A stretch of DNA of 64,000 bases from Urechidicola sp. (GTDB lineage Bacteria; Bacteroidota; Bacteroidia; Flavobacteriales; Flavobacteriaceae). The DNA lies in contig JAQRMW010000277.1 in assembly GCA_028599075.1 (NCBI GenBank), forward strand, positions 4,272-68,271, in the 5' to 3' direction. The translations under genes were made by a program, and so were the position numbers. Position 1 is the first letter of the stretch; each line of letters begins with the position of its first letter. The notes under the pieces are model-generated. The model ran no database searches. It was not told where the DNA came from and saw only the letters and a program-made list of their open reading frames with translations. Below are positions 29,279 through 38,993 of this stretch, piece by piece.

Positions 29279-30586
29279 TTATTCTACTCTCTCAATTTTT
29301 GCACCAATAGCTCTCAATCTCTCATCAATGTTTTGATATCCTCTATCTATTTGCTCTATGTTATGAATGGTGCTAACACCATCTGCAGATAAAGCAGCAA
29401 TTAACAATGAGATTCCCGCTCGAATATCTGGAGAAACCATGGTAGTTGCTTTTAACGCTGATTGATGATTAGAACCAATTACCGTAGCACGATGTGGGTC
29501 GCAAAGAATAACTTTTGCACCCATATCAATCAATTTATCAACGAAAAATAAACGGCTTTCAAACATTTTTTGATGAATCAAAACAGATCCTTTTGCCTGT
29601 GTAGCTATTACCAAAATGACACTCAATAAATCTGGAGTAAACCCCGGCCATGGTGCATCAGAAACTGTCAATAATGAGCCATCTATATAGTTTTGAATTT
29701 CGTAAGATTCTTGGGCAGGAATAAAAATGTCATCTCCTCTTTTTTCTAGATTGATTCCCATTTTTTCAAATACTCTAGGAATCACTCCCAAATCTTTCCA
29801 ACTAACATCTTTAATAGTTAGTTCAGATTTAGTCATTGCAGCCATTCCTATCCAACTACCAATTTCTATCATATCTGGCAGTACTCTATGTTCGCAACCA
29901 CCTAGATTATCTACACCTTCAATAGTCAATAAATTAGAACTAACTCCAGAAATTTTTGCACCCATTGAATTCAGCATTTTACATAACTGCTGAATATAAG
30001 GTTCGCAGGCTGCATTGTAAACTGTTGTTGTACCACTGGCTAAAACTGCAGCCATTACAATATTTGCAGTACCTGTAACTGAGGCCTCATCTAATAACAT
30101 ATCGGCGCCATATAATTGATTTGCCTCTACCCCATAAAAACTTTCTTGTTTATTATATCGAAACTTTGCCCCTAATTTTATGAATCCTTGAAAGTGAGTG
30201 TCTAATCTTCTACGCCCAATTTTATCACCACCAGGTTGCGGAATATATCCTTTTCCGAACCTTGCTAATAAAGGACCAACTATCATAATGGATCCTCTTA
30301 ATGAGCTTCCGTCACGTTTAAAATTTTCTGATTCTAAGTATTCTAAATTGATATCATCAGCTTGAAAAGTGTAAGTATCTTCAGCTAATTTCTCAACCTT
30401 AACACCTAATTCGCCTAAAATAAAAATGAGCTTATTAACATCTATAATATTAGGAATGTTACTAATCGTAACTTTTTTTGGAGTTAATAAAACAGCACAA
30501 ATAATTTGTAAAGCCTCGTTTTTGGCACCCTGTGGAGTGATATTACCATGCAGCTTATGGCCGCCTTCTATTTTAAATGTAGCCAT
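29279..30586 (-). CDS. murA: UDP-N-acetylglucosamine 1-carboxyvinyltransferase
   Basis: MATFKIEGGHKLHGNITPQGAKNEALQI..., the PGGDKIGRRRLDTH motif (Asp in place of the fosfomycin-target Cys) and IEQIDRGY. Confidence 0.95.
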   Translation of the reverse strand: MATFKIEGGHKLHGNITPQGAKNEALQIICAVLLTPKKVTISNIPNIIDVNKLIFILGELGVKVEKLAEDTYTFQADDINLEYLESENFKRDGSSLRGSIMIVGPLLARFGKGYIPQPGGDKIGRRRLDTHFQGFIKLGAKFRYNKQESFYGVEANQLYGADMLLDEASVTGTANIVMAAVLASGTTTVYNAACEPYIQQLCKMLNSMGAKISGVSSNLLTIEGVDNLGGCEHRVLPDMIEIGSWIGMAAMTKSELTIKDVSWKDLGVIPRVFEKMGINLEKRGDDIFIPAQESYEIQNYIDGSLLTVSDAPWPGFTPDLLSVILVIATQAKGSVLIHQKMFESRLFFVDKLIDMGAKVILCDPHRATVIGSNHQSALKATTMVSPDIRAGISLLIAALSADGVSTIHNIEQIDRGYQNIDERLRAIGAKIERVE

Positions 30587-30592
30587 GAATTA

Positions 30593-31255
30593 TTAATACT
30601 TTTTGCGGTAGTTTTTGTGTTTGTTCTTTTGATGATTACTTTTTTGATGACTGCTTTTTTGATTACTTTGATTTCTAGATGATTTCTTACGCAACAAACT
30701 AGAGCTTTCAGATAATTTTTCACCGTTTTCTCTCAAATCAATTTTACCATCAGACAATTCATATAAATGCTTAAAAATCACTTCATCATCAACTGTATCC
30801 TTGTTCCAATTTAGGTAACATTTTTTCATGTGATTAGCAACCACATAGGTTAAGCCTTCACGTTTTTCACCTTCTTCCCAAGACAAAACAACATCAATCA
30901 TTGTCTGAATATTATTTCCGTAAAAACGATATTTTGAAGCAGTTTTAGGATAAGGCAATGGTTCTGGTTTTTCTTGTAATTCTTCTTTAGATGGTTGTGG
31001 ATATGGAGATTCTGCTTTTAATTTAAAATCAGACATGATAAATAATTGATCCCATAGCTTGTGCTTAAAATCAGGTACATCTCTAAGATGTGGCTGTAAA
31101 TTACCCATCACATCAACAATAGCCCGTGCCATTTTATTTCGCTCTTCATCATCTTCTAAGGCAATACAATGATCTACTAATTTCTGTAAATGCCTACCGT
31201 ATTCTGGTATTAATAAATTGGTTCTTTCGGAATTGTATTCTAGGTCAAACGTCAT
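30593..31255 (-). CDS. DUF4290-family protein
   Basis: LEYNSERTNLLIPEYGRHLQKLVDH... matches the conserved Bacteroidota protein normally found upstream of murA. It has a basic low-complexity C-terminal tail. The start is set at ATG 31255. Confidence 0.8.
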   Translation of the reverse strand: MTFDLEYNSERTNLLIPEYGRHLQKLVDHCIALEDDEERNKMARAIVDVMGNLQPHLRDVPDFKHKLWDQLFIMSDFKLKAESPYPQPSKEELQEKPEPLPYPKTASKYRFYGNNIQTMIDVVLSWEEGEKREGLTYVVANHMKKCYLNWNKDTVDDEVIFKHLYELSDGKIDLRENGEKLSESSSLLRKKSSRNQSNQKSSHQKSNHQKNKHKNYRKKY

Positions 31256-31339
31256 ATTTTCATTGTTATTTAAGTATTGCAAAGTACGGCAAAAAGTATT
31301 GGCTTGCAATGGTAATTACATCATTATTAATTGGTGAGT

Positions 31340-31384
31340 GAGATTTCTCGTCAGTCGTTGTTACTCCTTCTGTCGAAATAACAA
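31340..31384 (+). repeat. REP-like intergenic element, long variant (copy D)
   Basis: GAGATTTCTCG-N23-TCGAAATAACAA. It shares both ends with the copy at 40191-40218 and lies 5 nt downstream of the helicase stop codon. Confidence 0.5.
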
Positions 31385-31388
31385 TTTT

Positions 31389-33731
31389 TTAACCTATAAT
31401 CTTTAGTTTAGCAAACTGCAATAACAACTTTTTATTGCCAATTTCCTCGAATTTAATCTCGGCTTTTTTATTGGGACCTGCACCCTCTAAACCAATCACC
31501 TCTCCTTTTCCAAAACGTTGATGCTCTACAATATTACCAACTGACAATGCAGAATCGAACAAATTTGTATTTGTTGATTGGCTAGTTGCATTCGAAACTT
31601 TTTTTAAATTTTTTGGTGGAGCAAACTTTGGAGATATCGTTTTTGGAGACTGTTTAGGTTTTGGCATCGTAGTCCGAGAAATCGGTTTTTTAAAACGGAT
31701 AGTGCTTTTTGGAGTATCACCAAAAATGTCATCAGGAATAAATTTGTTTTGTTGCACTCTTGGTCTTGGTGATAAATATTCCAAATATTTTTCGTCAATC
31801 TCTTCTAAAAAACGGCTTGGTTCGCAATCAATTAATTTCCCCCATCGATAACGCGTTTCGGCATAACTTAAGTACGCTTCTTTTTCTGCACGTGTTAACG
31901 CTACATAAAACAAACGCCTTTCTTCTTCTAACTCGCTTCGAGTATTCATACTCATTGCCGATGGAAACAAAGTTTCCTCTAAACCTACAATATACACATA
32001 CGGAAACTCCAATCCTTTTGCCAAGTGAATTGTCATTAAAGATACTCTTGGTTTTTCATCCTTATTGTCTTTGTCAAAATCGGTAGCCAAAGCAACATCC
32101 TCTAAGAAAAAAGCTAGAGAGGCATCTTCCTCTTTTTCTTTTTGTATAGTGATAAAATCTTTAATTCCATTCATCAACTCTTGGATATTCTCTACTCTAC
32201 TAACTGCTTCTGGAGTACCGTCAGATTCTAAATCTTTAATGATTTTTGTATTCTTAACAACAATTTCTGCCACTTCAAAAGCATCTTTTGTTTGTGTTTC
32301 TATTTGAAAACGACGAATCATCGTTGCAAAATTATTCAGTTTTGTTCTTGTTCCTGAATTGATTTTTAAATCAACTTTGTCTAAATTCAGAACAATTTCA
32401 AAAATAGATTTACCGTAATGATTTGCTGCTACAGCTAGTTTATCAACTGTGGTTGCACCAATACCCCGAGCAGGATAATTGATAATTCGTTTGAGAGCTT
32501 CTTCATCATTAGGGTTGATTAGCACTCGCAAATATGCCAAGGTATCTTTGATTTCTTTACGCTGATAAAAAGACAGTCCACCATACATTCGATATGCAAT
32601 ATCTCTTTTTCGCAAAGCATCTTCAATTGCTCTTGACTGTGCATTGGTTCTATAAAGAATTGCAAAATTTTCATTTGATAGTTGCTTGTTCATCGCATTT
32701 TTAAAAATGGATGCTGCTACAAATCTACCTTCTTCAGCTTCAGAAAAAGTACGCATCACTTTTATTAAAGACCCTGCTTCATTTTGAGTCCAAATTTCTT
32801 TATCTAACTTGGTTTTGTTTTTATCAATAATACTATTTGCCGCTTCAACAATATTACTTGATGAGCGGTAGTTTTGCTCTAATTTAAAAATCTTAACATC
32901 ATCATAATCACGCTGAAAACTCAAGATGTTTTGAATGTTTGCTCCTCGAAACGCATAAATACTTTGTGAGTCATCACCCACCACACAAATGTTTTTAAAA
33001 CGATCTGCCAAAGCACGTACAATTAAATATTGTGAATGATTGGTGTCTTGGTACTCATCAACCAAAATATATCTAAACCTATCTTGATATTTTGCTAACA
33101 CTTCTGGGAAACGAGTCAGCAATTCGTTGGTGCGCAGGAGCAAATCGTCAAAATCCATAGCGCCAGATTTAAAACAGCGCTCCACATACTTCTGATATAT
33201 CTCACCCATTTTTGGGCGGCTTGCCATTCGGTCTGCCTCTTGCAAATCAGGATTATTATAATATGCCTTAACGGTAACCAAACTATTCTTGAATTGCGAG
33301 ATTCTTCCTAAAACTTGTTTAGGCTTGTATTTATCTTTCTCTAATTGCATCTCCTTAATAATGGTAGATAGCAATCGCACAGAATCTTGTGTATCGTAAA
33401 TTGTAAAGTTTGATGGGTACCCTAAATGATGTCCTTCTGACCGTAAAATTCTAGCAAATACGGAATGGAAAGTTCCCATCCACAAGTTCTTGGCTTCACC
33501 TGCTCCCACCACTCTTCCTATACGATCTTTCATTTCGCGAGCAGCCTTATTAGTAAACGTCAAGGATAAAATATTGAACGCATCAACACCCTGTTTCATT
33601 AAATTTGCAATGCGATATGTAAGCACACGTGTTTTACCAGAACCTGCTCCAGCAATAATAATCATTGGGCCTTTGGTATGTAAAACTGCTTCTTTTTGGG
33701 CAGGGTTTAATGAATCTAAGTAACTTGACAA
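31389..33731 (-). CDS. uvrD: ATP-dependent DNA helicase, UvrD/PcrA/Rep family
   Basis: SF1 helicase motifs (AGAGSGKTRVLTYR, TFTNKAAREM, VDEYQDTN, QNYRSS, TIHLAKGLEF, YVALTRA). Confidence 0.9.
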   Translation of the reverse strand: MSSYLDSLNPAQKEAVLHTKGPMIIIAGAGSGKTRVLTYRIANLMKQGVDAFNILSLTFTNKAAREMKDRIGRVVGAGEAKNLWMGTFHSVFARILRSEGHHLGYPSNFTIYDTQDSVRLLSTIIKEMQLEKDKYKPKQVLGRISQFKNSLVTVKAYYNNPDLQEADRMASRPKMGEIYQKYVERCFKSGAMDFDDLLLRTNELLTRFPEVLAKYQDRFRYILVDEYQDTNHSQYLIVRALADRFKNICVVGDDSQSIYAFRGANIQNILSFQRDYDDVKIFKLEQNYRSSSNIVEAANSIIDKNKTKLDKEIWTQNEAGSLIKVMRTFSEAEEGRFVAASIFKNAMNKQLSNENFAILYRTNAQSRAIEDALRKRDIAYRMYGGLSFYQRKEIKDTLAYLRVLINPNDEEALKRIINYPARGIGATTVDKLAVAANHYGKSIFEIVLNLDKVDLKINSGTRTKLNNFATMIRRFQIETQTKDAFEVAEIVVKNTKIIKDLESDGTPEAVSRVENIQELMNGIKDFITIQKEKEEDASLAFFLEDVALATDFDKDNKDEKPRVSLMTIHLAKGLEFPYVYIVGLEETLFPSAMSMNTRSELEEERRLFYVALTRAEKEAYLSYAETRYRWGKLIDCEPSRFLEEIDEKYLEYLSPRPRVQQNKFIPDDIFGDTPKSTIRFKKPISRTTMPKPKQSPKTISPKFAPPKNLKKVSNATSQSTNTNLFDSALSVGNIVEHQRFGKGEVIGLEGAGPNKKAEIKFEEIGNKKLLLQFAKLKIIG

Positions 33732-33867
33732 TGGATATTTATTTTAGGTCTCGGTAATTTTCAAAAATACGTTTCCCAATTATGACTTACAATAAAAGTT
33801 ATTGACATTTTTTAAAGAAAGTGAAGTTGGAAAATAACTATATTTGAATTTCAAAATAATCATTAAA

Positions 33868-34881
33868 ATGAAAGCAGCAGTACTCACAAAATTCGGAGCC
33901 ATAGAAAATGCCTTTGAAGTTAAAGAAGTTTCGAATCCAACATTAAATGAAGGACAAGTATTAATTCAGTCTGAGGGGTTTGGTTTAAACTATGCAGATA
34001 TTATGGCAATTCAAGGAGATTATAAAGACTGTCCGCCCCTACCCGCAATAATCGGATATGATGTAGTTGGAAAAATTATTGAAACCAAAGGTGATTGTGG
34101 TGAACTAAAAGTTGGTGATAGAGTAACAGCTATGACACGTTTTGGAGGTTATGCTGAGTTAGCAGTTTCAGAAAGTGCAGCTTGTGCTATTATTGGCACG
34201 ATGGAAATTGGGAAAGCCATGGCATTGACTACACAATATAGTACTGCTCAATTTTGTTTTAACGAAGTTGTGAATTTAGACAAAGGAGATAAAGTTTTAA
34301 TACATGCAGCGGCTGGCGGTGTTGGAACTGCTTTAGTGCAAATGGCAAAAGACAGAGGATGTGAAATATTTGGCACCTGTGGCTCAGATAAAAAGATAGA
34401 ATATTTAAAATCTTTAGGGGTACATCATCCTATAAATTACAGAAAAGAGGACTTTTTTGAAGTTATAAAAAATTCTCATGGCACACATAGTTTAGATGCT
34501 GTGTTTGATGCAGTTGGTGGTGAATCTGTTAAAAAGGGCTTTAGACTTATAGGAGCTGGTGGTAGCTTGGTAGTTTTTGGTGCTGCGAGTATTACTGGTA
34601 AAAATATTTTTGGAAAATTAAAAACAGTCTTTGGTTTTGGATGGTATCACCCTTTAAAATTTATCATGAGTTCTAAAGCAATGATTGGTGTTAATATGTT
34701 GCGTATCGGAGATAATAAGCCTCATGTATTAAAACGCTGTTTAGTTAATGTAGTTGAGCAAGTTAAAGCTAAAACTTTAGACCCCACTGTAGCAAAAGTT
34801 TTTACAATTGATGACTTGGCTGATGCTCATAATTATCTTAAAGGCAGAAAATCTATTGGAAAAATTACAGTGACTTGGTAA
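33868..34881 (+). CDS. zinc-type/MDR-superfamily quinone oxidoreductase-like dehydrogenase
   Basis: MKAAVLTKFG..., GFGLNYADI and the AAAGGVGTALVQMAK Rossmann motif. The start is set at ATG 33868. Confidence 0.85.
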   Translation: MKAAVLTKFGAIENAFEVKEVSNPTLNEGQVLIQSEGFGLNYADIMAIQGDYKDCPPLPAIIGYDVVGKIIETKGDCGELKVGDRVTAMTRFGGYAELAVSESAACAIIGTMEIGKAMALTTQYSTAQFCFNEVVNLDKGDKVLIHAAAGGVGTALVQMAKDRGCEIFGTCGSDKKIEYLKSLGVHHPINYRKEDFFEVIKNSHGTHSLDAVFDAVGGESVKKGFRLIGAGGSLVVFGAASITGKNIFGKLKTVFGFGWYHPLKFIMSSKAMIGVNMLRIGDNKPHVLKRCLVNVVEQVKAKTLDPTVAKVFTIDDLADAHNYLKGRKSIGKITVTW

Positions 34882-34891
34882 AGAAAAAATA

Positions 34892-34917
34892 GATTCCCAC
34901 CTACACGGGAAAGATAA
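34892..34917 (+). repeat. REP-like palindromic intergenic element (copy A)
   Basis: GATTCCCACCTACACGGGAAAGATAA, a TTCCC/GGGAA hairpin with an AAGAYAA tail. Confidence 0.55.
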
Positions 34918-34923
34918 GCATAA

Positions 34924-34960
34924 AAAAACCCATCAACTTTAATAAGCTGATGGGTTTTTT
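34924..34960. terminator. bidirectional rho-independent terminator
   Basis: AAAAACCCATCA ... TGATGGGTTTTT lies between the convergent oxidoreductase gene and the FadL-like pseudogene. Confidence 0.85.
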
Positions 34961-34977
34961 GGGGTTAAAAAATTTAT

Positions 34978-36408
34978 TTATTCTGGTAAAACTTCTACTG
35001 TTTTATTTTTTTTACCAAATGTATAGCTAACACCAAATTGAACCATCCAAGTTGTCATATCATAAGCAACTGTTGAACCTGGAATTTTACCCAATGGATT
35101 TGCTGTAGCATCCCATGGACCACCAAATGCTTGTGGCGTTGGATTCATTAATTGTCCTTCTGTTTTTCCATCACTCATACCATAATGGAAAACACCATCA
35201 ACTTGAAATTTATCATTTATTTCATAACTCAAACCACCTTGAAAAGCGTTTGCAATGATTGCAGTTGCAGGAGTAGAAAAGAAAGCTAATTCATCTTTAA
35301 TAGGGTTAGAACTATACGTGTATCCTAATCTTAAAGGTAGTTTTTCAATTCCTTTATATTGAATTCCGAGAGAAACTACATGCATACTTTTCTACCCAAA
35401 TCCGTTTACTGCCCCTGTAGGAAAGCCTGCTCCTGGACCGCTATCTGCAATTTGCCATCCTGAAGCTTCGAAGCCATCAGTGTTTGCATAATCTACATAT
35501 CTATAATCTAACGCTAAATCAAAGTTTGCTTTAGAATATCCTAAACCAGCAGAATAAATAGCTGGGTAATTCATTGTGAATTTTGGTGATGGAGCTGTTG
35601 ACCCATCTAAATATTTACTGTCAAATTCCATTTCGCTCATATATTGAGGAGTCTTATAAGATGCCCCAACTTTAAAACCATTTTGAGAATCATAGAAAAT
35701 ACCAAACTGTCCACCAACACCATAAGAAGCTGTCGCATCACTAACAGGGTAACCCAAAGTTTGACTTGGTGCAGCAATTGGATTTGGCTCCATAGTTAAA
35801 GAAGCATAATTCACTGTTGGCTGTACACCAATAGATAATTTATCAGAAATTTCATATGCCCATGTAAACCCAACTTGTAAAAACATGTAATTAGAATTTA
35901 GATTTCCAAAGCCCATTGCTTGTTGAGGATACAAAATCGGATTTGAGTTTACTGTTGGATTAAAACTTGGACTCAAGGGGTTATTGGTTTCTTGAGGAAA
36001 ATCAACACCAAAACCACTAATACCAAACATAGATACACCAAAAGTGTTTTTACTCTCTGGCTTACTCCAAGTAAAAGCCAATGCTGGCATTGGAGAAATA
36101 CCTAATTCTGAATCTGTTGCTCCACTTACAGGCGGTGCTCCTGGCCCGAGCATATCAGCTGGCAATGATGAGTATAAAGTTGGAGTTCCTTTAAACATAC
36201 CAATATCAAACTTAAGAATTGACCCATCAAAAGCAGAAAGGGTTGCAGGGTTTCAATGCATTGCTCCACTAATATCTAATGGCTGTGCTGTTGCAGCACC
36301 ACCCATAGACATGTTAACTGCACCTACACCTTGCATTAAATGCCCCGTTTGTGCAAATGCAAAAGCTGTGAATAATAAAAAACTGAATTTGAAAATTTTA
36401 CGTATCAT
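34978..36408 (-). pseudogene. FadL/OmpP1/TodX-family outer-membrane transport protein gene interrupted by two in-frame stop codons
   Basis: Three collinear segments share one frame. The first runs from ATG 36408 (MIRKIFKFSFLLFTAFAFAQ signal peptide ...ISGAMH) to a TGA at 36255-36253. The second (NPATLSAFDGS...AVNGFG) ends at a TAG at 35394-35392. The third (KSMHVVSLGIQYKG...VSYTFGKK) ends at 34978. The beta-barrel-like alternating pattern and the C-terminal ...YTF are typical of FadL-like OMPs. Confidence 0.8.
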
Positions 36409-36624
36409 AATTGTTAATTTTTGATTAGGTTCGAGTCAAATGTAAGAGTTATTTTTTATTTTGTAACCAATGTTACTACCTATCTAATAACTTTACAGAT
36501 TCCTTGTTTTTTTACCAACCTGTTAATAATACGCAAATTTATAGTGGATTTTATTATGCTAATATGACTTATATCAGTTTTAGAAAAAAAATAAAAATTA
36601 TTTACTGTATGTTTTTTTTTTTTT

Positions 36625-36650
36625 GATTCCCGTTTCCACGGGAAAGACAA
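36625..36650 (+). repeat. REP-like palindromic intergenic element (copy B), preceded by a T13 homopolymer
   Basis: GATTCCCGTTTCCACGGGAAAGACAA, with a 6-bp TTCCCG/CGGGAA stem. The T13 run occupies 36612-36624. Confidence 0.6.
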
Positions 36651-36700
36651 CTGGCCTTTATAATTTGACTTTATCAAATCATTCACATTATAATTGAGAA

Positions 36701-36726
36701 CTGTCTTCCTCACGAAAGTGGGGAGC
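36701..36726 (-). repeat. REP-like palindromic intergenic element (copy E, inverted relative to B)
   Basis: The reverse complement is GCTCCCCACTTTCGTGAGGAAGACAG, which aligns with the GATTCCCG...CGGGAAAGACAA consensus. Confidence 0.5.
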
Positions 36727-36810
36727 CATTATGCAAACAATTTTTATATCAAAGAGAATAATTATTCTTTCAATTAAATTGCTAATTTTGTTTTGATAAA
36801 AAATCAATTT

Positions 36811-37329
36811 ATGGAAGACATCCTCATGAGTATTATTTCTTATACAGCACCTTCTATTGTAGTAGGTATTGTCGCTTATTATTTTTTCTTACGCCTTTCT
36901 AAAAGTGAAGAAGCACAAAAAAGATTTGATTTGTTTAAAGAAGATAAAAAAGTAACGCTCCCTGTTCGATTACAAGCTTATGAGCGAATGACATTGGTAA
37001 TGGAGCGTATCAATCCATCAAAATTATTGATTCGCATTACTCCTACTTCGGAAGACAAAGAATTGTATGTTCAAAAATTAGTACAGAGTATAGAACAAGA
37101 GTTTGAGCATAACTTATCGCAGCAAATTTATATTTCAGAAAAATGTTGGAATGTTTTAATGACATCTAAAAATGCCACCTCACATATCATCAAAAAGACT
37201 GCTGAGAATAGTGAGTTAAAATCTGCACAAGAATTAAGAGAAGCTGTTTTACAAAAAATGATTGATGGTAATCCGCCTTCGCAAATAGGTTTAACTTTTA
37301 TTAAAGAAGAAGTTAAGGAGTTGTTTTAA
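36811..37329 (+). CDS. hypothetical membrane-anchored protein
   Basis: ORF with one N-terminal TM segment (IISYTAPSIVVGIVAYYFFL). The start is set at ATG 36811; the ORF-track TTG is at 36793. A strong terminator follows. Confidence 0.55.
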   Translation: MEDILMSIISYTAPSIVVGIVAYYFFLRLSKSEEAQKRFDLFKEDKKVTLPVRLQAYERMTLVMERINPSKLLIRITPTSEDKELYVQKLVQSIEQEFEHNLSQQIYISEKCWNVLMTSKNATSHIIKKTAENSELKSAQELREAVLQKMIDGNPPSQIGLTFIKEEVKELF

Positions 37330-37332
37330 AAC

Positions 37333-37369
37333 AAAAGTTCCGAAATTGAAATTCAATTTCGGAACTTTT
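37333..37369. terminator. bidirectional rho-independent terminator
   Basis: AAAAGTTCCGAAATTGAA a TTCAATTTCGGAACTTTT forms an 18-bp perfect stem between convergent genes. Confidence 0.85.
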
Positions 37370-37391
37370 CAATAATATCTTAAAGTATTTT

Positions 37392-38846
37392 TTAATCTAG
37401 TGTTGGTAAGTGAAAGGCATTTAAAATACTTGCTTCTTTCATCATTGCTTCAATTTCATCAGCATGTCTAGGTGCCATTTCAGATAAGTTTATAGGACCA
37501 CTTGCTGTAACTAAAATATCATCTTCAATTCTAACAGCAATACCCCACCACTTTTCGTCACAATCACTTCCTTCAGGTATATAGATTCCAGGCTCAACAG
37601 TAATCACCATGTTTTCTTTTAGCTCACCTCTATTACTTAAGTCATGAACATCTAAACCTATATGATGTGATGTACCGTGTGGAAAATACTTTCTTCCTTC
37701 ATCAGCAGTTTCTATAATTCCTAAATCTATTAATCCTTGATTGATAATATCTCTACCTACTTTATCTACTTTGCTCATGTCAGAGCCCACAACAGTTTCA
37801 GCAATTCCAACTTCTTGCGCTGCATAGACCAAATCATAAATAGCGCGTTGCTCAGTATTAAATTTTCCATTTGCAGGAATGGTACGTGTAACATCGGCAG
37901 TATAACCGTGGTACTCAGCACCTAAATCCATTAAAATCATTTCTTTACCTGCGTTCATTTTGGTGTTTTCTGTATAATGTAAAATACAACCATTATTACC
38001 TACTCCTACTATTGATGGATAGCCTTCATATTCGGCTCCATATTTTTTATATACAAATTCATGCACTCCTTGTATCTCAGCTTCTGACATATTTGGATGC
38101 ATCGCTTTCATAATTTCAATTTGACCAACAGCCGATATTTCTACAGCTTTTTTTAGCAACACCAATTCATCTTGAGTTTTTATTTCACGCAGATTAGCCA
38201 TTAAAGTTCGTAATGATGTTACATCAATATTAGTGCTAACATCCACCACATTATCACCAACAGGGATATTTGATTCTGATGCCATATAATTTGCTTTAAC
38301 TTTAAACTGTTCAATTAAATTGTATAAATCTGCCCTATCTCTTTTTGAATCTCTCACATCATTTTTAAAATCTTTGAATAGTACCTTATCAAAAGTTGAA
38401 AAATCAATACTGCTGTCTTCAAAATCTTCTCCATTAAAAACTTGTTCGAATCCCATTTTAGTTACCCCTTCTACTCCTAACCTTCTACCTGTCCATTGCT
38501 CATAAAGTGGGTGTCTTTTGCGCACATAAATAATTTCGTTATACATAGTTTCTCCTTCCGTTTGGTCATCAGAAAAAATCAACAACATAGTATTGGGTTC
38601 ATTATAACCTGTTAAATAATAAAAATTTGGATCTTGGTGATATACATAATCCACATCGTTCGCTCGGTTACGAACAGGGTTTGCAAAGAATACCGCAACA
38701 GAATTTTCTGGCATTGAAGCTCTCAACGCCTCTCTTCTTTCTTTATGAAAGTCGGATGATAAATAATCAGTTGGTAAATCAGTTTGTGCAAAGCTGTTTA
38801 AAGTAAATAAACAAATTATCGAGGTGAGGAAATACTTAAGTTTCAT
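37392..38846 (-). CDS. pepP: Xaa-Pro aminopeptidase (M24B, aminopeptidase P family), secreted
   Basis: It has an AMP_N-like N-terminal domain and M24 metal ligands (DLGAEYHGYTADVTRT, HGTSHHIGLDVHD, VEPGIY, IRIEDD). The signal peptide is LFTLNSFAQ. Confidence 0.9.
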   Translation of the reverse strand: MKLKYFLTSIICLFTLNSFAQTDLPTDYLSSDFHKERREALRASMPENSVAVFFANPVRNRANDVDYVYHQDPNFYYLTGYNEPNTMLLIFSDDQTEGETMYNEIIYVRKRHPLYEQWTGRRLGVEGVTKMGFEQVFNGEDFEDSSIDFSTFDKVLFKDFKNDVRDSKRDRADLYNLIEQFKVKANYMASESNIPVGDNVVDVSTNIDVTSLRTLMANLREIKTQDELVLLKKAVEISAVGQIEIMKAMHPNMSEAEIQGVHEFVYKKYGAEYEGYPSIVGVGNNGCILHYTENTKMNAGKEMILMDLGAEYHGYTADVTRTIPANGKFNTEQRAIYDLVYAAQEVGIAETVVGSDMSKVDKVGRDIINQGLIDLGIIETADEGRKYFPHGTSHHIGLDVHDLSNRGELKENMVITVEPGIYIPEGSDCDEKWWGIAVRIEDDILVTASGPINLSEMAPRHADEIEAMMKEASILNAFHLPTLD

Positions 38847-38993
38847 TTTTGGGTGGTTTTATTTTCAAATATAGGAATTTATTATAGGTATAAAATGTTA
38901 AAAAATTATTTGAGGGATTTTGACTTAAAATATTATCAAATTCCCTTAAAATAGTTCTACTATATTTTTTAAATTAGCGGAAAATTAAATCAC

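Noticed and set aside
36253-36255. TGA read as Trp (genetic code 4/25) as an explanation for the in-frame TGA in the FadL-like gene
   Set aside because: Every other conserved gene in the window is uninterrupted under the standard code and encodes Trp with TGG. A TGA-recoding genome would fragment many ORFs. The second interruption is TAG, which code 4 would not rescue.
36480-36713. Small ORFs in repeat-bearing spacers: 36480-36713 (minus), 39964-40167 (plus) and 40245-40427 (plus)
   Set aside because: They are read through REP-like palindromes, a T13/A13 run, or terminator hairpins (for example the ...FPWKRESKKKK and ...LSRESGNP translations). These are repeat artefacts, not genes.
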